A stretch of DNA of 64,000 bases, taken from assembly GCF_009914755.1 (NCBI RefSeq), contig NC_060947.1. The stretch is one strand, 5' to 3'. The translations under genes were made by a program, and so were the position numbers. The notes below the pieces were generated by a model. The model saw only the letters and a program-made list of their open reading frames with translations. It ran no database searches and was not told the origin of the DNA. Of this stretch, positions 1-16,076 are shown piece after piece; positions within the stretch are counted from its first letter, which is position 1; each line of letters begins with the position of its first letter. Source of the stretch: the human T2T-CHM13v2.0 reference genome, Homo sapiens.

Positions 1-409
1 CATTAAATCAGTTGATCCTCAGATACACCTTGTGCTTTTGTAACTTAGTGTCTTTCCTCATGCTGTTCTCTCTTCCTAGAATTACATATATCCGAATCCC
101 AACCCATTCTTCCAAATTAGCTCAGATGTCACATCCTCTATGAAGTGCCTCTGATCCCCTCACAGAAGGAGTATGTTTTGTGTCTCTCCATTCCCACCTT
201 TCTTGCATTAGCAATCTTATAGAATTTTATTTTTATAGTTCTTGAGGCCCCTCTCGCTTCCCACCTTGAAATTTTGTTTTTAATTCATTTGTGTTACGTC
301 TTCTATTGGTCTCTAAGTTTCTTGCAGTCAAAACCTATTTTCACTCAGCTTTGGGTAGATCTCAAATACCAAGCACAGTGCTTTGAATGTAAATGTCACT
401 CAGAAACAT

Positions 410-1050
410 CTATTCAGATTTGAGTGCTTACCACGTGCCAGATACTAGGCCTGCAGGGTGACTGAAACAATTTCTTCTCTCCAGGTACTCATGGGAAACA
501 GACATATTAACAGACTTTCAATATGATCTAGTAAGTAATAAGATAGAGTCATGAACAGAGTGTATGGAAACCTAGAGTAGAGACTTGACCAAGGAGAAGG
601 CCTAGACTGAAAGATGGGCAGTCTTGGTCAGAAAATGGAATGTATGAATCTATGACTTCAAGGTGAAGACATTTTGGAAGGTGGCAATATCCAGGATGTG
701 ACCCTGAGAACTGTGCAGGCGAAGGAATGTGAGTATAGGATGTGAGATAGCTCTTCCAACTGGCCAATGGTGCCAGGAATTGAGGTACAGAGGATGCCGG
801 TAAGCCAGATGCCAGAGTCCTCAGTGAATGAAGGAAAATGTCCAAAAGAGAGGTAGATGATCATCCTGGGAAGGAGTAAAAGATGGCATCTGCAGATGGT
901 GTGAACTTCATGGGCAGTGAGGCTTTTCATGAAGCTGGAGCAATGGCCTGGTAAGGGAAATGGGAAGGCAGGAGGGTGCTGGTTCCCTATGCTACCTGAC
1001 CCTATCCATCCCAGAATTTGATGTTTAGAGCTCAAGCAGCTTTAATTGGA
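410..1050 (-). mobile_element. Degenerate L2 LINE remnant
   Basis: Begins with L2 3'-end-like 'tttgagtgcttaccacgtgccagatact', followed by purine-rich antisense L2-like body; recognised by eye. Confidence 0.5.
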
Positions 1051-1589
1051 GAGAGCTGCATGGTGAGGCTCATTGTCTTTGTAGAGAGCCAAGTCTTCTT
1101 CATTAGGGCAGGAAAGAGGTGTTCTGTGAAAACACTGAGGGTATGGAGGTGCTTATTTACAAGTTGAATCACCATAGATAATGCTGATACAATGGGAGAG
1201 CTGAACGTGGACTAGTCCACCTTTATCATTTTAAATTTGAATACTCTGAGGCCCAGTGAAAAGAAATAACTTTTTTCCTCAGGCTTCCAAAACTAAATTT
1301 AATTTCCTTTTTCTAGCAGTTATTTTGATGCATAGATTTCTTAAACACAGATGCTTGAAGCACATGAGTGGTCTATAAAGACCTCCAAGGTAGGTTGTGG
1401 GCTATTTCATAGTATAGCATTTCTAAAATGATAATCCTATGAAAGCATACAAATATGATATTTTGACATTAAGAACTTGCACATGAATTTCAATAAACTT
1501 ATGTCAATAATCATTGATATTTATCACAGTAGCATGTTCTTCCTATACGTTTATGGATAATTTCTTTCCCCAGCTCCCCCAGCCCTAAT

Positions 1590-2362
1590 ACAATAGTGAG
1601 TCTTTTGACTGTATGGTCCTTGAAACTTCTACCCACACCACTCTGCTAAAACAGTTCTCACTAAGGTCACCAGTGACAATCAAGTCACTAAGTCTAACAA
1701 ATAATTTTCAGTCCTCATCTTATTCAATCCCTCAGTAGCATTTAATACAGACAATCTTCCCTTCCTTCTTGAAGTACATTTTGCCCTTGCCTTTTATGAA
1801 ACTACGGTCCCCTTGTTTTATTTGCCCACTTTTGTATTGCTCCTTTGCAGATTTATCCTCCTTTACTTGGTTATTAAGCATTGAAGTTCACCAGGGCACT
1901 GTTCTAGATACTTTTATCATCCCACTCCATATTCTTTCTCTGAATGATTTAATCTATTCCCATGGCTTACAATATCTTTATGCTCAGTGTGTCTCCAGAG
2001 CATAAATAAAGATTTATATCTCCAACCCGTGTTTCTCCTATGAACCTTAAACCCTTATGTCCAACTCAACATCTCCACTGGGATATCTCAAGGGCATCTG
2101 AAGTTGAACTGGCCCGAGTGTGAACTTAGATTGCTTCTCTCAAACTTGCTCTTCCTCCAGTGTTTTGTATCAGAGTGCCAAAACAGCTACTTACAGTTGT
2201 GTAAGCTAGGAATTTGAGTCATCCTCAATACTTTCCTTCCTCTCAACTTCCACATCAAATCCATCAACATGTCCTGTTGATTTTACCTTGAAAATACCTC
2301 TCAAATTCATCCACTTGTCTCCATCTTTATTAGTAGCACCTTCAGTCAAGCTATTGCAGTAG
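1590..2362 (+). mobile_element. L2 (L2a-like) LINE remnant
   Basis: Typical L2 phrases 'ctcactaaggtcaccagtgac', 'tccaactcaacatctccactgggatatctc', 'ccacatcaaatccatcaacatgtcctgttgattttacc'. Confidence 0.7.
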
Positions 2363-2365
2363 ACT

Positions 2366-2454
2366 TTCTTTGGTAACAGCTTTACTGAGATTTAATTCAG
2401 GTGTTATAAAACACAGCCATTTAAGTTGTACAATTCAATGGTTTTTAGTATAAT
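2366..2454 (-). mobile_element. 3' end of old L1M (L1MA/MB-type), interrupted by Tigger1
   Basis: 'aacagctttactgagat...ccatttaagttgtacaattcaatggtttttagtata' is an antisense L1M 3' terminus. Confidence 0.65.
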
Positions 2455-2625
2455 CATACCTCATTTTATTTTCTTCACTTCATTTCATTTTGTAGATGTT
2501 GCATTTTTAAAAATAAATTGAACTTTTGTGGAAATCCTGCATCAAGCAAGTCTATCAGCAATATTTTTCCCACAGCATGTGCTCACTTTGTATCTCTGTG
2601 TTACATTTTGGTAATTATCACAACA

Positions 2626-2922
2626 GGCTGGGTGCAGTGGCTCATGCCTGTAATTCCAGCACTTTGGAAGGCCATGGCGGGTGGATCACTTGAGGTCAGG
2701 AGTTCAGGACCAGCCTGACCAACATGGTGAAACCCCTTTTCTACTAAATATACAAAAATTAGCCGGGCATGGTGGGAGGTGCCTGTAATCCCAGCTACTT
2801 GGGAGGCAGAGGCAGGAGAATCACTTGAACTTGGGAGGCAGAAGCTTCAGTGAGCTGAGATCACACCACTGCACTCCAGCCTGGGTGACAGAGTGAGACT
2901 CGTCTCAAAAAAAAAAAAAAAA
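2626..2922 (+). mobile_element. AluS inside Tigger1
   Basis: Dimeric Alu with A tail; flanks 'atcacaaca'/'ataacaaca'. Confidence 0.95.
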
Positions 2923-4459
2923 TAACAACACTTCATACTTTTTTATTATTGTTATATCTGTTATGATGATCTGTGGTCAGTGATCTTTGATGTTACTATT
3001 GTAATTGTTTTGGGGCACCATAAACGGTGCCCATATAGGACAACAAACTTAACTGATAAATGTTGTAGGTGTTCTGACTGCTCCACCAACTGGTCATTCT
3101 CCCCTCTCTATCCATCTCCTCAGGGACTCCACATTCTCTGAGACAGAACAATATTGAAATTAGCCCAATTAATGACCCTATAATTGCCTCTAAGTGTTCA
3201 AGTTAAAGGGAAGAGTCTCAAGTCTCTCACTTTAAATCAAAATCTAAAAATGATTAAGCTTAGTGAGGAAGGCATGTTGAAAGCCAAAACAGGCCAAAAG
3301 CTAGGCTTCTTGCATTAGCCAAATTGTGGATGCAAAGGAAAAGTTTTCGAAGGAAATTAAAAGTGCCACTCCCATGAACACACAAATAATAAGAAAGCAA
3401 AACAGCTTATTGCTGATATAAAGAAAGTTTTAGTGGTCTGGATAGAAGATCAAACCAGCCACAACACTCCCTTAACCTAAAGCCTAATCCAGGCCAAGGC
3501 CCTAACTCTCTTCAATTCTATGAAGTCTGAGAGAAGTGAGGAAGCTGCAGAAGAAAAGATGGAAGCTAGCAGAGGTCGCTTCATGAAGTTTAAGGAAAGA
3601 AGCCATGTCCATAACATAAAAGTACAAAGTAAGCAACAAATGCTGATGTAGAAGCTGCAGCAAGTAATCCAGAAGATCTATCTAAGATCATTGAGGAAGG
3701 TGACTACACTAAACGACAGATTTTCAATATAGATGGAACAGCCTTATATAAAAAGATGTCATCTAAGTCTTTCATAACTAGAGAGTAGAAGTCAATGCCT
3801 GGTTTCAAAGCTTCAAAGGACAGGCTGACTCTTTTGTTAGGAACTAATGCAGCTGGTGACTTTAAGTTGAAGCCATTGCTCACTTACCATTTCAAAAAGT
3901 CTAGAGCCCTTAAGAATCATGTTAAGTTAACTCTACCTATACTGTAAAATGGAACAATAAAGCATGGATGACAGCACATTTGTTTACAGCATGGTTTGCT
4001 GATTATTTTAAGTCCACTGTTGAGACCTACTGCTTAGAAAAAACCAAGATTCCTTTCAAAATATTGTTATTCATTGACAATACACCCAAGAGCTCTGATA
4101 GAGATGTACAAAAAGATGAATATTGTTTTTCTGCCTGCTAACACAACATCCATTCTGCAGCCCATGGATCAAGGAGATATTTTGACTTTCAAGTCTTAAG
4201 AAATATATTTTATAAGGCTATATGTAGCTAGTATAGAGTGTGATTCCTGTGATTAATCTGGGTAAAGTAAATGAAAAACCTCTGGTTTTCCTTATTCACC
4301 ATTCTAGATGCTATTAAGTAAATTTGTGATTCATGGGAGGAAGTTAAAATATTACATTAACAGGAGTAGTGAAGTAGCTGATTCCAATCATTATGGATGA
4401 CTGAGAGGGTCAAGAACTCAGTGGAGGAAGTAACTTGAGATGTGGTGGAAATAGCAAAA

Positions 4460-6184
4460 GAGAAGTTGCTGATGCAGCCAAATTAGCAATGAATGGAACT
4501 TCCTCTGCAGGAACCCTGGCTGTGTCACACGACCCAGTCAAGCTAGTAACTACCAGTCCTCTACCAGCAGAGATGGATATTCCTCTATTCTCTGGCAGTA
4601 TAACTCAGGTCAGAAGTCCTGTTGGAAGTGCAATGAGCCTTATTCCTGAAGATGGCCTTCCTCCTATTCTCATCTCCACTGGTGTAAAAGGAGACTATGC
4701 TGTGGAAGATAAACCATCACAGATTTATTTCAGAAATGCAGCAGTTGGAAGACGGTGGCCCTGACCCACTTGTATTTGTTTTAAATGCAAATTTGTTGTC
4801 AATGGTTAAAATTGTAAATTATATGAACAGGAAGTGCTGGTGTTTTACAACCAAGGGAATGCATGCAGTGGGTCAGTCTGAGATAGTCATTCTTCTACAG
4901 TGTCTACCGGATGGAAAGTGTTTGCCAAAGGATATCTTTAGTGACTTTGTGCAACTTTATCGGGATCTCTGGCAGGGAATGTCGTGGGCAACTTGGGACA
5001 TTCCTTCTTCAGTCAAAGTCTCCTCAGCAGTAAAAAACATGGTGGATTTTTATATGTGACATCTACCTACCAGTCACTGCAAGACCTAGTACTCCCAACC
5101 CCACCTTACTTGTTTGGGATTCTTATCCAGAAATGGGAAACTCCTTGGGCTAAAGTGTTTCCTATCCATCTGATGTTGAGACTTGGAGCTGAATATCGAC
5201 TTTATCCATGCCCACTAGTCAGTATCAGATTTCGGAAGCCATTATTTGGAGAGACGGGGCATACCATCATGAATCTTCTTGCAGACTTCAGAAATTACCA
5301 GTATACCTTGCCAGTAGTTCAAGGTTTGGTGGTTGATATGGAAGTTTGGAAAACCAGCATAAAAATTCCCAGCAACAGATAAAATGAGATGATGAAAGCC
5401 ACGAACAAGTCCAATGAGCATATCTTGGCAGGAGGTGCCTGCTTCAATGAAAAGGCAGACTCTCATCTTGTGTGTGAAGCTATCAGACCCAGGCTATCAG
5501 TATTCACAATCAGCCCAGAAAAGTGACTGGTGCCAGTTTCTTTGTGTTCAGTGGCACTCTGAAATACTCTTCTGGATACCTTGCCAAGTCCAGTATTGTG
5601 GAAGATGGCGTTATGGTCCAGATCACTGCAGAGAACATGGATTCCTTGAGGCAGGCACTGTGAGAGATGAAGGACTTCACCATCACCCGTGGGAAGGCGC
5701 ACGCAGAGGATCCCCAGGAGCACATCCACACCCAATGGGTGGATGATGACAAGAACGTTAGCAAGGGCGTCGTAAGTCCTATAGATGGGAAGTCCATGGA
5801 GACTATAACAAATGTGAAGATATTCTATGGATCAGAATGTAAAGCAAATGGAAAAGTCATCAGATGGACAGAGGTGTTTTTCCCAGAAAATCCTGACCAG
5901 CACAATTGCCTCAGTGATCCTGCAGATCACAGTAGATTGACTGAGCATGTTACCAAGGCTTTTTGTCTTGCTCTCTGTCCTCACCTGAAGCTTCTGAAGG
6001 AAGATGGAATGACCAAACTGGGACTACGTGTGACACTTGATTCAGATCAGGTCGGCTATCAAGCAGGGAGAAATGGCCAGCCCCTTCCCTCGCAGTGCAT
6101 GAATGATCTGGACAGCGCCTTGGTGCCGGTGATCCATGGAGGGGCCTGTCAGCTCAGTGAGGGCTCTGTCGTCATGGAACTCAT
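4460..6184 (+). pseudogene. ZFYVE9P: Processed pseudogene fragment of ZFYVE9/SARA: C-terminal ~580 codons (DUF3480 region), without FYVE or Smad-binding domain
   Basis: Consecutive ORF pieces (EVADAAKL..NGTSSAGTLAVSHDP; QQLEDGGPDPLVFVLNANL; [35 protein letters not shown]; LGLRVTLDSDQVGYQAG..VVMELI) match ZFYVE9 as I recall it. Intronless; frameshifts near 4730, 4967 and 5477; stops at 5380 and 5661. Confidence 0.93.
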
Positions 6185-6307
6185 TGTTATTTTTAAAAGT
6201 TGCCACGGCCGCCTCAACCATCAGCAACTAGCATCCTGATCAGTCAGCTGCCGTTAACATTGAGGCAAGACCCTCCACTAGCAAAAAGATTATAACTCCC
6301 TGGAAGA

Positions 6308-8655
<2,348 letters not shown>

Positions 8656-8763
8656 ACTAAAATCCTTAAGATATCATTGAAGTATCTTAATACCATTCTA
8701 CATTAATTAATCAATTACACACCTAAATGTAAAGTTTCAACTTTGACAAGTGGTACAACAAAG

Positions 8764-9105
8764 TACGGTCACATATGGACCATATATATTGTGGTGGTTT
8801 CATAAGATGATGATGAAGCTGAAAAATTCCTGTAGTCTAGCGATATCTTAGCTGTCATATTGTCATAGCACAATGCATTACATTTTTTATGTTTAGAAAT
8901 GTTTAGATACAGAAATACCATTGTGTTACAACTGCCTACAGTATTCAGTGTGGTAACATGATGTACAGGTTTGTAGCCTAGGAGTCACACCATATACCAT
9001 CTAGGTTTGCCTAAGGACACTCTGTGATGTTCACGCAATGACAAAAACTGCCTAACGATGCATTTTTCAGAAGGTACCCCTGTACTTAAGCAATGCATGA
9101 CTGTA
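8764..9105. mobile_element. Tigger3a/MER7A-like non-autonomous DNA transposon
   Basis: 'gctgaaaaattcctgtagtctagcga', 'tacaggtttgtagcctaggag'; terminus 'gcatgactgta'. Confidence 0.8.
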
Positions 9106-9545
9106 TGTTATGAGAGTCTGAAAGTCTGTAACAGATCAGTTTGACCCAGCCACAGGTCTCCTGCATGAGCTGTTTCTTTACCAGTAGGGAATGTATCTAT
9201 TTTGTTCACTACTGGATCCTCAGTTAAAACATTTTTTTTTTAGCTAGATCAAGACTCTAGATTCTAGTTTGCCTCTAAGCTTAATGTGTTGTGAAGAACA
9301 AGGAAATTAACACTAGTTAGTTATAATACATTATGTAAAAAGTAAACTGCTAAAAGTTAAGACAGTCCACGTCTAACCATTGAGTCATAGGCATCTTGTA
9401 AAAGAATAAGTACTACAACCTAAGTCACAATAACAAAACTTTGTCAAGGAAAAAAATCATTTCCATATTTCATCCACATCTTAGGCAGTTGAAGTCAAAT
9501 GTCAAAAATAAACACGCATACCAGACTTCCAATCAAAGTATTTGG

Positions 9546-9805
9546 CAAGAACAAAAACCCAGACACCGCATATTCTCACTCATAGGTGGGAATTGAACAA
9601 TGAGATCACATGGACACAGAAAGGGGAATATCACACTCTGGGGACTGTTGTGGGGTGGGAGGAGGGGGGAGGGATAGCATTGGGAGATATACCTATTGCT
9701 AGATGACGAGTTAGTGGGTGCAGCGCACCAGCATGGCACATGTATACATATGTAACTAACCTGCACAATGTGCACATGTACCCTAAAACTTAAAGTATAA
9801 AAAAA
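9546..9805 (+). mobile_element. 5'-truncated young L1 (L1PA2-like) 3' end
   Basis: 'tgagatcacatgg', 'gacgagttagtgggtgcagcgcacc'; A tail; TSD aaagtatttgg (9535-9545) / aaagtgtttgg (9806-9816). Confidence 0.9.
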
Positions 9806-10081
9806 AAAGTGTTTGGATTGGCTCTTGTTTAAGACTTGCATGAGAGGCATTCCTTTATTCTGGGACTCACTGAACCTTTCGTGGTCAAACATATCTAGTA
9901 AATACACTCTACACTTTGCTTTCTAACAGTCTGACACATTTTATGATGTCTTAGATGGTCAGTTTTAGTTGTTTTTTGTAACTGCTTTTATTTACATGCA
10001 CAAAAATAAAAATACAGACCAGCCATATTTTGCTTAGTATGTAATATTTTTAGACATATTTTTACTCTTTACGTTAAGGAG

Positions 10082-10189
10082 TATATATATATATATACAC
10101 ACACACACACATACATATATACACACACATACACACACACCTATATATGTATCTGAAGATATGTGTATGTATATGTGTATGTATGTGTG

Positions 10190-10240
<51 letters not shown>
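10082..10240. repeat. Compound (TA)/(CA)/(TG)/(TA)n microsatellite
   Basis: Read directly. Confidence 0.95.
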
Positions 10241-10242
<2 letters not shown>

Positions 10243-12669
10243 GAAGACGTTTGATATGGAATGCAAGAGAAAATATTTAGAGACCTGTAGACTGTATTAA
10301 CTGAGTATAACCACAACATCTTTAAAAAGGAATATTTCCTCAGAAAACTCTGAAATCATAAAGGAAAGGTTAACAACAACATTTACTTACTTAAGAAAAT
10401 CTTTGTACAGTTTAAGCTTTCAGAAACTTGTATGCTTTTGGCTAGGCTCCGGATCATGTTTGGGAAGTTATTTTTGTTTTGTTTTCTTGGAACTTATTGG
10501 GTTTTCCTGGTTAGGTCTTCTGGATATAGTTCTCAGACACTTCACAGAGAACTAGATGAACAGCCATGTTGAGCATATAAGATATGAGAGAACAGATTTA
10601 TGAGAACAGTTTCACAAGACAAAATACTTAAGGATCATAATACTCTACTTCATAGGTTAGTTGAGCTTTTCTTTTACACATACAATTCCCAGTGAGAAAA
10701 TATTGCAAAATATTCTGGTGAAGAAAAAATTTTATAAGTCAATAATTTCTGAGCAGAAAAATTTATTCCAATGCTACTCATTTTAATTTTACTGTTTTAG
10801 ACAGCATAAGGCAAGAAAGAGTAGAAAATGAACTTTTCCCTGACAATTTAAAAATAGTTGATCATGAAACTGAATTGTTATTCATTTGAAATAACTGAAT
10901 ATAAAACTGGATTTTAAAATTCCCGAATAACAAACATGTAACATGAAATATCTTTAAATTTCAAGTTAGAGTACATCTGGAAACTCAACATGTAGAAGAC
11001 AAATGCCTTGTTTTTTGTCCAGAAGTTATTTACTACCTTTTGTTTTAAAGAGCCGGAGAAGTCTTTAGAGACATTTTCATTAGCCAATCAGGCAATTTGC
11101 ACCTGGAGAGTTTAATAACAAGTCATAGATCACAAAGCTAGTTATTGGCAGACTTCGAATTTGAACTCATGTCTCTTCACTATCATTTTGCCTCCTTGAG
11201 ACAGGATTCTATCATGGGTAAGAATAATGTGTACACATAGACATATATTCTTAAAACATATATTCTCTATTTCTTTTATGATTTTAAAAGTAATCATTAT
11301 AAAAATATTCAAACAACAGCCAGTGCAGAAAGCAGAGTGAATTTCGGCCTTCCATTCCAGTCAAAGGATAAGCATTTCACATAGGTAAAAAGGAAGACAA
11401 GTCAGCTTAGTGTAGCTTAGAGCTTAAAGCTGAGAAAAGTCTAATTTTTTGAACTTATTCTTCTTTCCCATACCATAGGAAAGCATTCATTCAAAGTCTG
11501 TCATTACTGCAGGCCCAAATTTAGAAAGTTATGACTGTGATATTGCTGCTCTTGAAGGAAGATATCTCACAGAGCAGTTTTGCAAAATGTTGTGAAATTG
11601 AGTGCTGTGGAAACAGGACAGCACCCGATTCCCCTTTGGAACACATGAGGTAATCATTTGAATTATACCTTTGCGAAGGCATGTTAGAATGCATTTTTTT
11701 AGATCGCTGTTTGAAATGGTGATTAACATGACCCTTTTGGGGAGATTTGATCTGCTTGTCAGCTGCCTGGAAACACAACAGGCTGTAAAAAGAGGGTTTA
11801 TTATCAAGTAATATAACTGAAAAGGCATGGTGCATGCAAAAAGAGGAAGATAGATTTTGTTCTCGCTTGGCGTGTCTCAGACATTTATTAATCGAGATGG
11901 CATTTGCAGTGGCAAATCCCATTTCCCCTTTCACATTCCCTTTGGCTGGCATATGATGATAGTATTAGAGCTGATGCCACTTGGCTGATCATGCATTGCT
12001 GATCACCATTCAAGGCAACCGGAAGAGACAAAAGAAAAAGCCTATCAGTCCCCAGAGTACTAATGTAAGGAGAAAATTGCTCATTTGAAACGTTTTAAAA
12101 TTTCGTTTCATTTCTAAACAGTAACAAATTGTATTACTCTCTTTTATTTTTATATGTTGTTAGATGGGATGCAGGCCATTATTTATGAACCACTTGCAAA
12201 GCTGCTCCTCCCGTCTCTCCACCTCCCCTCCCACTGCTAGCTTCCAGTTCCCATCCTAAGTACCACACTATCTTATTTAGTATTCTTCCGTTTGTTCTAC
12301 TCTGTGCTTCTAGTTTAAATATGATAGAATTATGTGAGATTAATCATATTTGTAACATCAGGTGCCACAAAAAAGAGAAAAGAAACAAAAATCCTTATTT
12401 GTAAACAGCTTTTGCATTCTGTGGGTTCCTCATGGTTTTACTAAACACTTCATTGCTTCATGTTTAGAATTCGCTTGACTTCATTTAGAATTCATTGCTT
12501 TATATAATAAGGTGCTATATAAAAGATACAATTAGACATTTTTCCCATTACTAATTTCACTGTTTAAAGAGAGATAAAACACATGGAAGGATGTGAGTTT
12601 ATGGACATCGTCAGGACAGACTCTGCACCCACTTCCTCATTGATTGGAGTTTCTGATTAAGAATCATAA

Positions 12670-12982
<313 letters not shown>

Positions 12983-13789
12983 GGAGTACTACGTCCTAAG
13001 AAAGTCCTGGAAAGGTCTCTAATTGCTGTGAGGACTCAATAAGTTCATGAGAAAATGAGAAAGTCTCTAGTGTACAGTTCCATCTTGGGTACTTTGCTTA
13101 TTTTTATGCAATAATTACATTATAGTCTCATTTTAACTATTATTGAATTAAGTCAAGATAAGAAGGAAATCTAAATATGAAACTGGGACTCAGAAAATAC
13201 CACCTGTTCTTCTAGGCAATGGAGCAGAGCAGTAAACAAAATGGACAAAAATCTCTTTGCTCTCATAGAGTTAGCATTCTAGTGAAAAAATACTAATTGG
13301 ATGGACTTTATAATATAAATGGAAGCAGGTGACTGATGTTATTATATCTGCTTTTGCAATGAGAAAACATGCTAGGTCAGTTTGTGCATAGTCTTCTAAA
13401 GACATGTAGTCCATCGCTATCACGAGGACTCAACAGCTAATGTAAATGATTTGGAATAAATGTTTTTATAAGACCTGTACATCATGTCACATAATTCAAT
13501 TGCAAAAGATGTGGGAGACGTCAGTCAAGGACAAATGGTATACATTTATGCCAGTTTTATTTTATCCTATAGGTTTGGTCCAAGTGACTGCTCATGAACA
13601 TATGGGATCTGGCTAAAGAATTGTTATTTTCTATAAATGTTCAATATCAAAGTACACAATTTGAAGTTTTTTTCTAAATCTTTTTACTTCTGCCTTACAC
13701 AGTCCTGAAGGAAGAATGGTGTCTTTCTTGGGTGCCTATCCACCTGATGAGACATGGTGCAATGGAAAAAATACAGTCTTAAAAACCAA

Positions 13790-14114
13790 GGCCGAGAGCG
13801 GTGGCTCATGCCTGTAATCCTAGCACTCTGGGAGGCTTAGGAGGGCGGATCACCTGAGGTCAGGAGTTCGAGACCAGCCTGGCCAACATGGTGAAATCCC
13901 ATCTCTATTAAAAATACAAAATTAGCCAGGCATGGTGGCTCGCGCCTGTAATCCCAACTACTCAGGAGGCTGAGGTGGAGAATCGCTTCAACCCAGGAGG
14001 CAGAGGTTTCAGTGAGCCGAGATCCCGCCACTGCACTCCAGCCTGGGTGACAGAGCGAGACTCCGTCAAAAAAAAAAAAAAAAAAAAAAAAAGAAGAAAG
14101 AAAGAAAGAAAAAA
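13790..14114 (+). mobile_element. AluS
   Basis: Dimeric Alu, A/GAAA tail; flanks aaaaaccaa/aaaaatcaa. Confidence 0.95.
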
Positions 14115-14482
14115 TCAAAAGATGGAAGTTCTAGCCCTGGTGTTTTTCACAAACTAAGTAAACTTGTACTATTTCTCCTATCTGGACCTCAATTTCTGCA
14201 CATATACAATGAAGGGCTTGGCAGATTGTCCCTAATAGCCCTTTCCACTAATATATTTCATGATTCTATGACTTGATGAGTAAGGGTCGTATAGAAGATC
14301 CTTCCTTGATCACAAATATAAAGTTTAATTTCTCACTTCAAATCATATTTTTTTCTTGGAATTAATTTAACCACTTTCTTCAAAGCCAAAAAGACATATA
14401 GGCAATTTAGAAGAGCTATTTCATTTGATTGACAAAATTTCAAGTAAAAGAAAACAATTTTAAAAAATAACAAATCAATAGT

Positions 14483-15795
<1,313 letters not shown>

Positions 15796-16076
15796 ACAAT
15801 AGAGATTTCAGAAATAAGACCACACATCTACAACCACCTGATCTTCCACAAACCTGACAAAAACAAGCAATGGGGAAAATATTTCCTACTTAATAAATGG
15901 TACTGGGAAAACTGGCTAGCCATATGCAGAAAACTGAAACTGGACCCCTGCTTTACCGAAATTAACTCAAGATGTATTAAAGACGTAAATGTAAAACCCA
16001 AAACCATAAAAACGCTAGGCAATACCATTCAGGACATAGGCATGGGCAAAGATTTTATGATGAAATTGCCTAAAGC

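Larger units (their letters stand above)
2455..6307 (+). mobile_element. Tigger1 (TcMar-Tigger) DNA transposon fossil, interrupted by an Alu and a ZFYVE9 retrocopy; right end missing
   Basis: Left end 'catacctcattttatt'; decayed transposase from ~3183 ('gcctctaagtgttcaag...atgattaagcttagtgaggaaggcatg'); resumes at ~6180 ('tgccacggccgcctcaaccatcagc...gaggcaagaccctccactagcaaaaagatt'). Confidence 0.9.

Noticed and set aside
3183-6239. Tigger1 transposase-ZFYVE9 fusion gene
   Set aside because: Same orientation is suggestive, but the transposase has many stops, the junctions are not in frame as they stand, and the ZFYVE9 part has frameshifts and stops
11521-11952. 143-aa minus-strand ORF in unique sequence
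   Set aside because: No recognisable domain or coding-like composition; compatible with chance. PhyloCSF or ribosome profiling would be needed
13550-13700. Possible splice acceptors (13572; similar at 27004 and 42107)
   Set aside because: Pyrimidine tract plus AG only; no convincing exon chain or reading frame. An lncRNA cannot be excluded without RNA data
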